Assembly (NCBI GenBank): GCA_963797095.1
Contig: CAWCNY010000003.1
Location: 928,001-992,000, forward strand
Origin: an uncultured Chloroflexia bacterium
GTDB lineage: Bacteria > Chloroflexota > Chloroflexia > QHBQ01 > JADMIH01
Length of the DNA: 64,000 bases
Reading direction: 5' to 3'
Shown: in pieces, positions 51,635 through 61,543 of the stretch
How positions within the stretch are numbered: the first letter of the stretch is position 1
Layout: each line of letters opens with the position of its first letter
Position numbers and translations under genes: made by a program
The notes under the pieces: generated by a model
Databases searched by the model: none
Seen by the model: the letters and a program-made list of their open reading frames with translations, nothing else
Told to the model about the DNA's origin: nothing

Positions 51635-52644
51635 CTTCTAGGCATCACTCTTTGCAGCCTGCGCAGGATCGCTGAGTCGGTTATCACAGCCAGCAAGATA
51701 AGAAGGCCCTGCACGGCCAGTTGCCAGAAGGGCGAGATATGGATCAGTGTGAGGGCGTTATTGATGATGCCCAGGAGGAACGCCCCCAGGCTTGCACCCA
51801 GCACGCTCCCACTGCCGCCGAAGATGTTGACCCCGCCCACAACCGGTGCGGCCACCGTCTGTAGTTCGAAGCCGAGGGCGGTGTTGGTCTGGGCGGCCTC
51901 GAAGCGCGAAGCCCACAGCACACCCGCCAGCCCGCATAACACCCCCGAAAGGAGGAACACCAGGAAAACAGTCTTCTGTATGGGGATGCCGGCGAAGCGC
52001 GCCGCGTCGGGATTGCTGCCAACGGCGTAGATGTCGCGGCCTGTACGTGTGAAGTTGAGAAAGAGGAAGACGGCGGCCGCCACCACTATCGCGAAGATGA
52101 TCAGGTTGGGCACGCCGAGCGGAGTGCCCTTGGCGATCTCTTTGAAGTCGGGGGGCATCTCGAAGGCGTTGATCCACTGGCCGTTGCTATAGAGGAAGAT
52201 CAGGCCGCGATAGACGCTGAGCGTGCCGAGGGTGGCGATGATGGGAGGCACCCCGCCGTAGGCGACGATCAGACCGTTGACGCTGCCGAGCACAGCCCCC
52301 ACCGCCATACCGAGTGGAACCGTGAGGAGGACAGGCATGCCGGGGAAAGCCACAGCCGTGAAGGAGACCATCATAGCGGTCAGCCCGATGCTTGAGCCAA
52401 CCGACAGGTCGATGCCACGTGTGATGATCACCATCATCTGAGCCAGCGCCACGATCACAAGGATCGAGATGTTGAGCAGAATGTCTTTCAGGTTGTCGAC
52501 CGTGAGGAAGGCAGGATTTCGCAGGCTCACTGCCAGGGCAAGCACAAGGATGAAGAGGATAATGCCGGCCTCGCGGAACCTGACAACGGCACGCATGAGG
52601 CGCTGTTGGGGACGGCTATCTGTTGGGGTGGCTTCTGCGATCAT
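51628..52644 (-). CDS. Rhamnose ABC transporter permease (RbsC-like)
   Basis: GIDLSVG, GRDIYAVGSNP.AA..AGI, VVGGVNIFGGSG. Confidence 0.92.
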   Translation of the reverse strand: MIAEATPTDSRPQQRLMRAVVRFREAGIILFILVLALAVSLRNPAFLTVDNLKDILLNISILVIVALAQMMVIITRGIDLSVGSSIGLTAMMVSFTAVAFPGMPVLLTVPLGMAVGAVLGSVNGLIVAYGGVPPIIATLGTLSVYRGLIFLYSNGQWINAFEMPPDFKEIAKGTPLGVPNLIIFAIVVAAAVFLFLNFTRTGRDIYAVGSNPDAARFAGIPIQKTVFLVFLLSGVLCGLAGVLWASRFEAAQTNTALGFELQTVAAPVVGGVNIFGGSGSVLGASLGAFLLGIINNALTLIHISPFWQLAVQGLLILLAVITDSAILRRLQRVMPRSR

Positions 52645-52656
52645 CGTGCTCCCTGG

Positions 52657-54159
52657 TCAGGCCACTGTAGCCGCCGACATCAGCTTTTCCTGGGTGGCCA
52701 CTGCCCGGCTGAACTCACCTGTCAAGCGCCCCTCGCGCATCACCAGGATGCGGTCGCTCATGCCGAGCACTTCGGGCAGTTCGGAAGAGATCATCAGAAT
52801 GGCAAGTCCCTGCGCGGCTAGATTGCTCATCAAGGCGTGAACCGCCGCCTTGGTGCCCACGTCGATGCCGCGGGTTGGCTCGTCGAGGATGAGGATACGA
52901 GGGTTGGTGCCGAGCCACTTGGCGAGCACCACCTTTTGCTGGTTGCCTCCCGAAAGCTCGCCCGCCTTCTGCTCGACGCTCGCCATCTTGACCGAGAGAG
53001 TTTGCGAGCCTTCGCTGGCCGACTGCTTCTCGCGGTTCCGATCTATCCAACCCCTTATCGAGAACTTCGACAGCACGGGAAGGGTGATATTGTCGGCTAT
53101 GCTCATTTTGAGGACGAGGCCGTGCTCTTTGCGGTCCTCCGGCACATAGCCGATGCCGAGAGCCATGGCACTGTCGGGTCCGGTGATCGTTACGGGCTTA
53201 CCATTGACCTTGATCGTGCCCTCGGTGGCAGGCTCGGTGCCGAAGATGGCCCGCGCCACATTGGTGCGGCCCGCCCCGATCAGGCCGGACATGCCAACTA
53301 TCTCACCCCGGCGAAGCTGGAACGACACCCCGGAAAAGACCCCTTCGCGTCCAAGACCATCAACCTGGAGCACTACCTCACCAGGCTCTGCCGCCTGCTT
53401 GGGGAATAGCTCGCCGAGGGCGCGGCCCACCATCATGCGGATCAACTCTTCGGTGGTGATGCCCGACATTTCGCGGGTGGCGACATAGTTGCCGTCGCGC
53501 AGGACCGTCACGCGGTCGGCCAGGGCGAATAGCTCTTCCAGACGGTGGGAGATGAAGACCACGGCGGTGCCGGTCTCACGAAGCTGGCGCACGATGGTGA
53601 ACAGTTCCTCGACCTCGCCCAGAGTGAGGGAGGAGGTAGGCTCGTCCATGATCAGCACTTTGGCGTTGATGGAGAGGGCGCGAGCGATCTCGACCACTTG
53701 CTGCTGGGCCACGCTCAACTCGCGGGCTTTGGTGCGAGGATCTATAGGGAGGCCCAGGCGATGCAAGAGGTCGCCTGCCTCCTTGTACATACGCTTCCAG
53801 TCGATGCCCCATCTGCTTGTGGGTTGGCGGCCCACCATGATGTTCTCGGCCACGTCAAGGTCGGGGAAGAGGCTTGGCTCCTGGTAGATGGCGGCGATGC
53901 CCTCCTCTTGCGCTTCGCGGGTATTGGCGAAGGAGACGGGATGCCCGTCCAGTGCTATTTCGCCCGTATCGGGTTGGTGCACGCCGGTCATGATCTTGAT
54001 GAGGGTGGATTTGCCCGCGCCGTTTTCGCCAAGCAGGGCGTGAACTTCGCCCGCGTATACGTCGAAATGGACGTCCTGCAAAGCATGGACGCCACCGAAA
54101 GATTTCGAAACGTGCTGAACCTGGATGACAGGTCTTTTATCGCTCATCACTGAACTCAT
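52657..54159 (-). CDS. Rhamnose ABC transporter ATP-binding protein (RbsA-like, two NBDs)
   Basis: GENGAGKS, MDEPT, FISH, VPEDRK, LSGGNQQK, DEPTRGIDVG. Confidence 0.95.
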   Translation of the reverse strand: MSSVMSDKRPVIQVQHVSKSFGGVHALQDVHFDVYAGEVHALLGENGAGKSTLIKIMTGVHQPDTGEIALDGHPVSFANTREAQEEGIAAIYQEPSLFPDLDVAENIMVGRQPTSRWGIDWKRMYKEAGDLLHRLGLPIDPRTKARELSVAQQQVVEIARALSINAKVLIMDEPTSSLTLGEVEELFTIVRQLRETGTAVVFISHRLEELFALADRVTVLRDGNYVATREMSGITTEELIRMMVGRALGELFPKQAAEPGEVVLQVDGLGREGVFSGVSFQLRRGEIVGMSGLIGAGRTNVARAIFGTEPATEGTIKVNGKPVTITGPDSAMALGIGYVPEDRKEHGLVLKMSIADNITLPVLSKFSIRGWIDRNREKQSASEGSQTLSVKMASVEQKAGELSGGNQQKVVLAKWLGTNPRILILDEPTRGIDVGTKAAVHALMSNLAAQGLAILMISSELPEVLGMSDRILVMREGRLTGEFSRAVATQEKLMSAATVA

Positions 54160-54260
54160 ACTCAGCCGCAACACCGCTGATTTTTGATGCAATCCTGGCC
54201 GCTATGCCGCTCGATAGGCCCGCTGTCCAGGGTGGGACGCACATAGCCTTTGAGCGAGTT

Positions 54261-54325
54261 TCGAAAGTAAGTACTTTCGATTGCGTTATCATAGCACCGT
54301 CTGTTTAGAAAGTCAATAGTTTTGA
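54261..54325. promoter_or_regulatory. DeoR (RhaR) operators flanking the rha operon promoter
   Basis: Perfect palindrome TCGAAAGTA-AG-TACTTTCGA (54261-54280) and degenerate copy TAGAAAGTC-AA-TAGTTTTGA (54306-54325); minus-strand TTGACT-17 nt-TATGAT (54316-54288). Confidence 0.78.
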
Positions 54326-54356
54326 AAGTCTTTTTTTACGAATTTCTTTTGAAGTA

Positions 54357-54385
54357 TTGTCCAACGTTGCCATTTCTGCTATGAT
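54357..54385 (+). promoter_or_regulatory. Promoter of the DeoR regulator
   Basis: TTGTCC-17 nt-TATGAT with an extended TG motif. Confidence 0.55.
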
Positions 54386-54439
54386 GAGATCGGCCCGCCA
54401 TTGTGATGATCCATCGAAAATGGATAGAGGAGGGAGATT

Positions 54440-55222
54440 ATGGCCCAGGTAGATCAAGCGCTGTCGCCTGAGCGAAGGCGAGAGCAGATCCTGACGTACT
54501 TAACCAGCCACGAGCGCACGTCGGTGGTAGATCTGAGCCAGGTGCTCGGTGTGTCGGAGGTAACGGTGCGCAAAGACCTGGACCTCCTTGAGGAGCAGGG
54601 CCTTTTGACCCGCGTGCGCGGCGGTGCGGTCGTTTCGGGGCGGGGGAGGTTGGAGAGGTATTTCGCCACGCGTGAGCAGGAGCACCTTGAGGAAAAGCGC
54701 AGGATCGCCCAGGCCGCAGCCTCTCTTATTCAGTCTGGGCAGCAGGTTTTCCTGGACGCCAGCACCACGGCCTTGCAGGTAGCGCGGCTGATCAAGGACC
54801 GCGACGACCTGATCGTGGTCACGAACGGTTTGTATACGGCCCTTGAGTTGAACTTTTGCACGGGCATTACGACCATTGTGGTGGGTGGGACGATGCGCCA
54901 CCGCTCAAGCTCGCTGGTGGGCAGCTTCAACCACAACGCTCTCCAGCGTTTGCGGGTGGACCTGGGGTTCTTCAGCGCGCGTGGCGTGAGCGCTCGCGAC
55001 GGGCTGATGGAGTCGGATATGGAGGAAGCGCAGCTAAAGCAGCAGATGGTGAGTGGATCGAGTGTAGTAGTGGGTATTGTGGATTCGAGCAAGTTTGGGA
55101 CGACCGCCTTCAACGTCTTTGCGATTCCACAGGAGATCGATCGCGTTATCACCGACGAAAACGCGCCAACGGAGATTGTTGATCGGTTGCGCGCGCAAGG
55201 GATTCACGTCGATCTTGTGTGA
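54440..55222 (+). CDS. DeoR/GlpR-family regulator of the rhamnose operon
   Basis: VSEVTVRKDL, RVRGGA, EKRRIA, FLDASTT, VVTN, DSSKFG, VITD; divergent from the rha operon. Confidence 0.93.
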   Translation: MAQVDQALSPERRREQILTYLTSHERTSVVDLSQVLGVSEVTVRKDLDLLEEQGLLTRVRGGAVVSGRGRLERYFATREQEHLEEKRRIAQAAASLIQSGQQVFLDASTTALQVARLIKDRDDLIVVTNGLYTALELNFCTGITTIVVGGTMRHRSSSLVGSFNHNALQRLRVDLGFFSARGVSARDGLMESDMEEAQLKQQMVSGSSVVVGIVDSSKFGTTAFNVFAIPQEIDRVITDENAPTEIVDRLRAQGIHVDLV

Positions 55223-55361
55223 GTTATGCCGGTGGCGGCGTTGGCTATAAGTACACCTTTCCAATGTCGTCAACTATGACGATTGCAGGAGGTTAAGAGT
55301 TGGGAGTCAGGGAAAGTGGTTGGGTTACCTCGCCCGGATGGCACGGCAAGTACTCTCACTT

Positions 55362-56558
55362 CTACTTTTTTGATGAGAGGGATGGTGTATCAAGAATGTC
55401 TACCCCGCTAATGAATACATCGTCCGGAGATGGGTTTGTCGAGCTAATTTTATCGGCCTTGTCGTGAAGCTTCTTCTCCAGATCAACACGTGTAACTTTA
55501 CCGAATGGATGGGCATAAAACGGTCCGCCTTCGCCTTTTGCGCCCACTTTGGTGGTGTTCTCACTCTGGTACGCTGTGCCCGCAGCCTTCGGAACGGTCC
55601 ATGTGACGACGCTCCCAAAAGGAGCATTAATAACCAGCTTATCGATGTTTGCCGAAGTCACCTTGATGTTAGCGTTAAGGGTTACCATACCATCCTTCCA
55701 ATCAAAGCGGCTCATATCTGCGTGTGGCTCATTGCGTTCGTAGCGCCTTTTAGAGTTCACTCCTGAGGACCTGTGGGGCTTCACGTAAAACGAGCCAACG
55801 GGTACCTGCTTGTCGAAATCTTCTGGCCCTTTCACTCTTAGCAGAGCATAGAGTTGCGGGAATTGAACCGCTTCGGCACAATCCAGGGACCACTTATTTG
55901 GCTCATCGAACCACGCCTGGATAGCATCGGAGGGCTTCTTCCCCGATTTCAGGTGGAGCATCCACACGAATTCTAAATCCGCTTTCTTCTCCCAGTAGGC
56001 GCGGTCATATTTGCCTGTTACCTCAGGACGGCCAAAATCAATAGATTGGAGCTTGGAAAGGGCGCTCAGCAGCGCATCATGATAGACTTTTCCATGATAG
56101 TCTTGAGGCGAAGCCGCTGGTGGGGGCGGGATAGGCTTCGAATAGCCTCCCGGAGCAGGTGCGGCTGCCAATCCTCCCGATGCCGAGCCCTTCGCGAGAG
56201 TGTCTCGCTGCACGTTAGCTCTGACCCTGCCTGAGTGCTCCGTTTCCGCCGCGAGGCTCTCCTGAAAATCGGGTTTGCCATTAGGCACATGAGGACTGTC
56301 TGCACTCTGGGCGTGTTGGAGGAATCGCTGGGTAGCTCGATTACCATAGCTCTGTTGCAGATCCTGCACCAAGTTCACCAACACCGGTTCGTTGCCGCGC
56401 CCGTGCAGCGCGTGACGGCTTATGAGAAAGGACGCCTGGACAGGCGCGTCTGCATGCGCGGCTGGACCGATGAAGTCCCCTTCCATTGAGTGTTCGCTTG
56501 GTAGTTCACGCAAGCTTCTTGTATGCTCGTCATTTTCGCGCAGGTGTTCGCCCGGCAT
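55362..56558 (-). CDS. Putative eCIS-type cargo protein with a Tgl-like transglutaminase (Cys-Glu-His) domain
   Basis: LQQSYGNRATQRFLQ and VQR leader motifs; YW..., KPSDAI, WSLDCAEA, G.EDFD, YQSEN, FYAHPFG occur in the same order as the Bacillus Tgl motifs. Confidence 0.6.
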   Translation of the reverse strand: MPGEHLRENDEHTRSLRELPSEHSMEGDFIGPAAHADAPVQASFLISRHALHGRGNEPVLVNLVQDLQQSYGNRATQRFLQHAQSADSPHVPNGKPDFQESLAAETEHSGRVRANVQRDTLAKGSASGGLAAAPAPGGYSKPIPPPPAASPQDYHGKVYHDALLSALSKLQSIDFGRPEVTGKYDRAYWEKKADLEFVWMLHLKSGKKPSDAIQAWFDEPNKWSLDCAEAVQFPQLYALLRVKGPEDFDKQVPVGSFYVKPHRSSGVNSKRRYERNEPHADMSRFDWKDGMVTLNANIKVTSANIDKLVINAPFGSVVTWTVPKAAGTAYQSENTTKVGAKGEGGPFYAHPFGKVTRVDLEKKLHDKADKISSTNPSPDDVFISGVDILDTPSLSSKK

Positions 56559-56589
56559 TTCAGGTCCGTCCTTTCAAAACCGGCCATTG

Positions 56590-56645
56590 AATTCGGAATG
56601 TGGGATGCGAATGAATGAGGCATTATTCCGCATTCCGCATTCCAT
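56590..56645. repeat. Inverted heptamer hairpin upstream of the orphan gene
   Basis: ATTCGGA ATGTGGG ATGCGAA ... ATTCCGC ATTCCGC ATTCCAT. Confidence 0.6.
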
Positions 56646-57050
56646 TGGCGAGCCGGATAGTGAGGAGTGTAATCAGGAGAAATGGGCCAGGTGGAGCAGA
56701 ATCAACATATCTCAGGGGTTATGGGACCACAGTACGATCTTGATATATCGCATTCTACAATAAATGACAGGGGAGCGGGAGAGGTGTAGAGGTTTAGAGG
56801 TTCCAACGGCCTACAAGGTCTGTCTCCCGAGCCCTGTCTGTTCCCGCTCTTGATGATATAATGATGTACTGCGTCTTACCTCGTGTGGGCCTTATGTGTG
56901 CGTTTGGTCCTATGTTAGCAGCAGACTATGACCATACACGTTTACGCCTTGGATCGTCGGGAGCTAACTCCTCGGGGGGCGTAGACCCATTCCTGTTCGT
57001 CCATACCCTGAAATAGCGGTCGTCGACCTGACGGTGAAAGGAGAGACGAG

Positions 57051-58190
57051 ATGAACAAGGTGACAGCGCCAGGAGGAATTGCCATCCCGGTAGTGGGAGA
57101 TGGGAGCGGTATCGAGCGGGGCACACAGATCCATCCGGAGGAGCTGCAACTGGCCCTGCGCAACAAAGCTATGCCACTGGAGGCGCTCCGCTACGATGTG
57201 ACGCCCACCGGTATGCACTACACGCTAGTGCACTACGATATCCCTTTCGTGGACGGGGAACGGTGGCAGCTACAACTGGCCGGGCGCTTGCGCAAGCCAA
57301 TTTCGCTGTCGTTGCAGGAGTTGCAGCGGCGACCCGTGCGCGCTTTGCGGGTGACGCTGGAATGCGCGGGTGACGGTCGCGCCTTGCTGCAACCTCGCCC
57401 GATCAGCCAGCCCTGGTTGACCGGAGGGGTGGGAACCGCCGAGTGGACGGGCACACCGCTCAGACCTCTGCTGGCGGAGGCTGGTGTCGAGGACGATGTT
57501 CAAGAGATAGTGTTCACCGGACTGGATCATGGGATCGAGGGAGGTGTTGAGCAGGACTACCAACGAAGCCTGCCCGTTGAGTTAGCTTTGCATGAAGACA
57601 CTCTGCTTGCCTGGGCGATGAACGGCGCTCCTCTCGAACCGCAGCACGGCTATCCATTGCGCCTGATCATACCCGGTTGGTACGGGATGGCACACGTGAA
57701 GTGGCTGCGCTCGATCGAAGCTATCGACCACAACTTCGAGGGATACCAGCAGGCAGTGGCGTACCGCTACAGCCAAACTCGAAGCGAGCCGGGCGAGCCT
57801 GTTACGCTGATGCGAGTGCGCTCGCTGATGATCCCGCCCGGCGTGCCCGATTTTTTGACGCGCACGCGGGTGGTGCAAAGGGGCAAGGTGGAGCTAGAGG
57901 GGCGGGCGTGGTCGGGCGCAGGGGGGATCACGGCTGTGGAAGTGAGCGTGGATGGGGGCAAGAGATGGGCGGAGGTGGAGGTGGAAGAGGCTGACTTGGG
58001 GCTGCCAGGACGCGGTGACTACGCCTGGCGGCATTGGACCTACAGTTGGGAAGCCTCTGTCGCGGGTGAGTACGAGCTTTGCTGCCGGGCTTACGACAGC
58101 GCGGGCAACGTTCAGCCTGTTGAGCAGCAGTGGACGGCTCGCGGCATGGGGAACAACATGGCGCAAAGGGTCTCGGTTTCGGTCGTGTGA
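57051..58190 (+). CDS. Sulfite oxidase-family molybdopterin oxidoreductase
   Basis: TLECAGDGR (Mo-ligand Cys), AEWTG, YQRSL, MNG.PL...HGYPLRL..PGWYG...VKWL, G.AWSG, VEVSVDGG. Confidence 0.9.
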   Translation: MNKVTAPGGIAIPVVGDGSGIERGTQIHPEELQLALRNKAMPLEALRYDVTPTGMHYTLVHYDIPFVDGERWQLQLAGRLRKPISLSLQELQRRPVRALRVTLECAGDGRALLQPRPISQPWLTGGVGTAEWTGTPLRPLLAEAGVEDDVQEIVFTGLDHGIEGGVEQDYQRSLPVELALHEDTLLAWAMNGAPLEPQHGYPLRLIIPGWYGMAHVKWLRSIEAIDHNFEGYQQAVAYRYSQTRSEPGEPVTLMRVRSLMIPPGVPDFLTRTRVVQRGKVELEGRAWSGAGGITAVEVSVDGGKRWAEVEVEEADLGLPGRGDYAWRHWTYSWEASVAGEYELCCRAYDSAGNVQPVEQQWTARGMGNNMAQRVSVSVV

Positions 58191-58414
58191 ACGATCTGAT
58201 TCGGAGAACGCCTTCCTAGAAACAACACTCGACACCTGTCTCTAATGCCGAGGGAGATAGCTATTCTTGCCCTCATTAACTTAAAGGCGTTGGTGGGGGG
58301 AAAACGGGACAGGTTTTGAGGTGTACTTTGGTATAGTCTTTTTGGTGCGGAATGGGGTTGGGAATGGGGTTGGTAAGGGATTGGGCGAGGCACTTCCTTG
58401 AAGGGTTGACGGCC

Positions 58415-60565
58415 TTATGGCGGGCCGAGCGGGCTATTCGTGCTATTCGCTATGAATACTATCTTGGCTATCTGGCCGCGTGTGACGTCGTTGTTGGGGC
58501 GGAAGTATATGCCTGGGCAAGGCTCTCCCGGCCCGCCACATTGGTAGCCGTTGATGATGTCCCTCGACGCTAACCTCTCGACAAAGGGGTGAAAAGTGGC
58601 ACCGACCGGCACATCGCTGAAGGTGGCGGTAGCATGGTTTTCGGAGTAGTGGGCAGCGTTCGATGTGATCTTGGCTAGCTGCCCCCTGGTCACCGGGTTA
58701 TTGGGGAGGAAGGTACCGTCGGGATAGCCCGATACGATGCCGTTGTAGGCCGCCGTTTCTACGAATGAGTAGAAGGTGTTGGCGGGGGGCACGTCGCTGA
58801 AGGTAGGGTGCTGCGGGATGTGAAGAGTATAGTCGAAGGCAAGCACGATGATCTTGGTGACCTGCCCCCGGCTGGCGTTGCTGTACGGGCGGAATGTGCC
58901 GTCTGGGTAGCCTGAGATAACTCCCGCGCAGTAGAGATAGCGCACGCCCTCGTAAAAGTAATCGCCGGGGTGAACGTCCAGGAAGTTGACCGTGCAGGGC
59001 GTGGGCGTGATCGTTGCCTCCACCGTCGAAGTTGGTGGTGTGGCGAGTATTGTCGTCGCCGTTGCTGCCGCTGTTACGGTTGGCGTGAAAGTAGGCGTAC
59101 TCGTATCACTGTTGGTTACTGAGGTAGAGGTTGGCTGGAATATGGATGTGGAAGTGGCGGTTGGCAGCGCCTGGGTAGCACTGGCCTCAGGTAAGGGAGT
59201 GCTGGTAGGCGCGGATGTGCGAGTTGAGGTAGGGGCGGTGGCCTGGGTGGATGTGCGGGTTGGGGATGGCACAGGTTGAGTCGGCGGCGTGCTGGTGGAG
59301 GTTGGCGCGCTCGATTGGGTAGGGGTGCGGGTGTAGGTAGGTGTGCCGGTGGGGGTGTAGGTAGCAACGGGGTTTAGCCGGCCTGCGTAGGTCGGGCCGA
59401 TGGTGTAGGGGAAGACGGGCACTAATCGAGTGCCGGACACAGGCTCTCGGACGGTCAGCTGGTAGTGGTAGCCCAGTCCGTCGCCGTCGTCGATGCCGTT
59501 GTGGGGGTCGAGACAGGTGGTGCAGGTGTTGTCGTAATAGTAGTCCTGGAAGAAGATGCCGGAGGTGGCCGAGATCACGTTGCCGGACATAGTGGTTACG
59601 TTGGCGTCGGTGCGCGGGCCGGTCTGGGAAGCGGGGATAGTGCCCTGGCTGGGGTCAAGGGGGTTTCTGAGGAGGCAGTTGCGGATGTGGGCCACGCCGC
59701 AGCCGGTGGGGGAGGCGGGGTCGTCGTAGTCGCGGGTCTTCCAGCCGCTCTGGGCCAGCACGCCGGCCGCCTCCCAGGGTCCGTAGACGGGGAAGCCATC
59801 GGCGGCGAAGCCATAGACAGGGGAGTGGGCGGTGCCGGTGTCGCCCAGCATGTTAGCCAGGCAATCGGGGTAGGAATGGTGATGGTAATCGCCGTTGGCG
59901 GCATGGCCGGGGCAGATATCGAGATCGTACTGCTCGAAGGAGGGGGCGGTGTTGTACCAGACGTGCCCGTTCTGGTAAGATTGGGCGTCGGACCAGTTGT
60001 AGATGGCGACGCCGTTCACCCACAACCCGATAGCGCCGAGGGAGGTTGAGACCGCCTGGGTGGCGAGGAGGGGCTGCATTGGGAAGTTGGCCGTCCTGTT
60101 CTGGGGGTTGGGGCAGGAGGGGCCGGGAGGCCAGTAGCCGAGGGTGCAGGGCTGGTACCTGTACCCTATATCGTCGCCGAACAATACATCCTGGCCTACG
60201 GTGGCCGTGGTCTGGCCGTTGCGGAAATCGGTGGCGGCACGGGGCCTGCTGTTAAGCTCTTCGATGAGGGCCATCGTCATCGAGGTGTGATAGTTGGCGA
60301 TGCTGTGGGTTTGCACCTGCACGTAAGGCACGCCCCCTATGCTTGTTTGCGTGACCGATTGCACGTTGACAGGCGAGGAAGGCCAGTGGGGGTTGATCTC
60401 ACCTGTTGTGTTGACGATCCAGGCCGACAGGATGGGGGGATAGAGGGAGGTGCTGGCTTTAGACAGAGTGGTAGGGGAGAGGGTCAGCGTGAGGGCTGCG
60501 GCCCCGATCAAGATGAGCAGACCCCCCAACAAGAGAGGCAGGCGGTAGGTGCGCAGGGGCTTCAT
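58415..60565 (-). CDS. Secreted YHYH-domain protein with Pro/Thr linker and three SLH domains
   Basis: Signal/TM segment; AIGLWVNGV, GHAANGDYHHH, HSPVYGFAADGFPVYGP, YHYQLT, FPY..GP; SLH motifs F.DV...GYPDGTFRP...TRGQ x3. Confidence 0.85.
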   Translation of the reverse strand: MKPLRTYRLPLLLGGLLILIGAAALTLTLSPTTLSKASTSLYPPILSAWIVNTTGEINPHWPSSPVNVQSVTQTSIGGVPYVQVQTHSIANYHTSMTMALIEELNSRPRAATDFRNGQTTATVGQDVLFGDDIGYRYQPCTLGYWPPGPSCPNPQNRTANFPMQPLLATQAVSTSLGAIGLWVNGVAIYNWSDAQSYQNGHVWYNTAPSFEQYDLDICPGHAANGDYHHHSYPDCLANMLGDTGTAHSPVYGFAADGFPVYGPWEAAGVLAQSGWKTRDYDDPASPTGCGVAHIRNCLLRNPLDPSQGTIPASQTGPRTDANVTTMSGNVISATSGIFFQDYYYDNTCTTCLDPHNGIDDGDGLGYHYQLTVREPVSGTRLVPVFPYTIGPTYAGRLNPVATYTPTGTPTYTRTPTQSSAPTSTSTPPTQPVPSPTRTSTQATAPTSTRTSAPTSTPLPEASATQALPTATSTSIFQPTSTSVTNSDTSTPTFTPTVTAAATATTILATPPTSTVEATITPTPCTVNFLDVHPGDYFYEGVRYLYCAGVISGYPDGTFRPYSNASRGQVTKIIVLAFDYTLHIPQHPTFSDVPPANTFYSFVETAAYNGIVSGYPDGTFLPNNPVTRGQLAKITSNAAHYSENHATATFSDVPVGATFHPFVERLASRDIINGYQCGGPGEPCPGIYFRPNNDVTRGQIAKIVFIANSTNSPLGPP

Positions 60566-60719
60566 CGAATTGATCTCCCTTGAGCCGGCTGGATAGTTCC
60601 GGGCGTCTTCTGTTGCTTTTTCCGGTTCGGGTTCGAAGCGGGACAAGCAAACCATTCTTTCACCCTCGCACAGGTTGGGGGTCACCACATTTTATCGCCT
60701 GTGCCAGCTTAACAAAGAA

Positions 60720-60741
60720 TTGTTCAGAAGTTGTTCAGAAG
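60720..60741. promoter_or_regulatory. OmpR/PhoB-type direct-repeat binding site
   Basis: TTGTTCAGAAG x2 with an 11-bp period, between the divergent YHYH gene and the response regulator. Confidence 0.65.
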
Positions 60742-60847
60742 TGTTTATGATGGTGTGTATGCTCGCGCCCTGCCAGGGTCTACACGATATCTTAACAACT
60801 GCCCTCTATAATATTTGGAGAGGTCACTGGGAGCGAGGAGTACGAAC

Positions 60848-61543
60848 ATGAGCAAGACCATCCTGGTGGTTGACGACCACGCCAATGTGAGAACGCTGCT
60901 TGACGACTACCTGGGCGAGTACGGCTACAAGGTGCTGACGGCCCGCGATGGGGTGGAGGCGTTGGTTGTTGCTCGCGGCGAGAAGCCCGACCTGATCCTG
61001 CTCGATGTGATGATGCCCAACCTGGATGGGTTTGGGTTTATGCGAATCTTCCGCAAGGAACAGAGCATACCTGTGATCCTGCTCACGGCTCGGCTGGGAG
61101 AGACCGATAAGGTGCTCGGCCTGGAGTTGGGGGCTGACGACTATATAAGCAAACCCTTCGGTATGCGGGAGCTGATAGCGCGCATAAGGGCGGTGCTTCG
61201 GCGGGTGGATGCCCCGGATGAGGTGGCTCAGGCCAGGGTGTACAGGCTGGCTGGGTTGGAACTTGACCGGGGCACGCGTAATGTGATGGTGTGTGGCAAG
61301 GCTGCAAGTCTTACGCCGTCGGAGTTCGAATTGCTGGCGACCCTGATTGCTTCGCCTGGGAGGGTGTTCACGCGGGAGACGCTGCGCGAGCGATTACAAG
61401 GCCAAGAGTACGAGGGGGTAGTGAGGACAATAGATGTGCACATCCGCAATCTGCGCCGCAAGATCGAGCCTGACCCGGCCAAGCCTACGTATGTGAAGAC
61501 CGTGTTCGGCGTTGGCTACAGGTGCTGTACTGAAGACGAGTGA
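60848..61543 (+). CDS. OmpR/PhoB-family response regulator
   Basis: VVDD, LLDVMMP, LTA, GADDYISKPF, LTPSEF.LL, RTIDVHIRNLRRK, TVFGVGY. Confidence 0.95.
   Translation: MSKTILVVDDHANVRTLLDDYLGEYGYKVLTARDGVEALVVARGEKPDLILLDVMMPNLDGFGFMRIFRKEQSIPVILLTARLGETDKVLGLELGADDYISKPFGMRELIARIRAVLRRVDAPDEVAQARVYRLAGLELDRGTRNVMVCGKAASLTPSEFELLATLIASPGRVFTRETLRERLQGQEYEGVVRTIDVHIRNLRRKIEPDPAKPTYVKTVFGVGYRCCTEDE

Noticed and set aside
50951-52030. 359-aa plus-strand ORF with (CHLSPVT)n
   Set aside because: Shadow of two permease genes plus the TCACCTG array.
56940-57045. Moco or c-di-AMP riboswitch
   Set aside because: Only isolated fragments (AGCTAAC, GAAAGGAG) match; kept as an unassigned leader.
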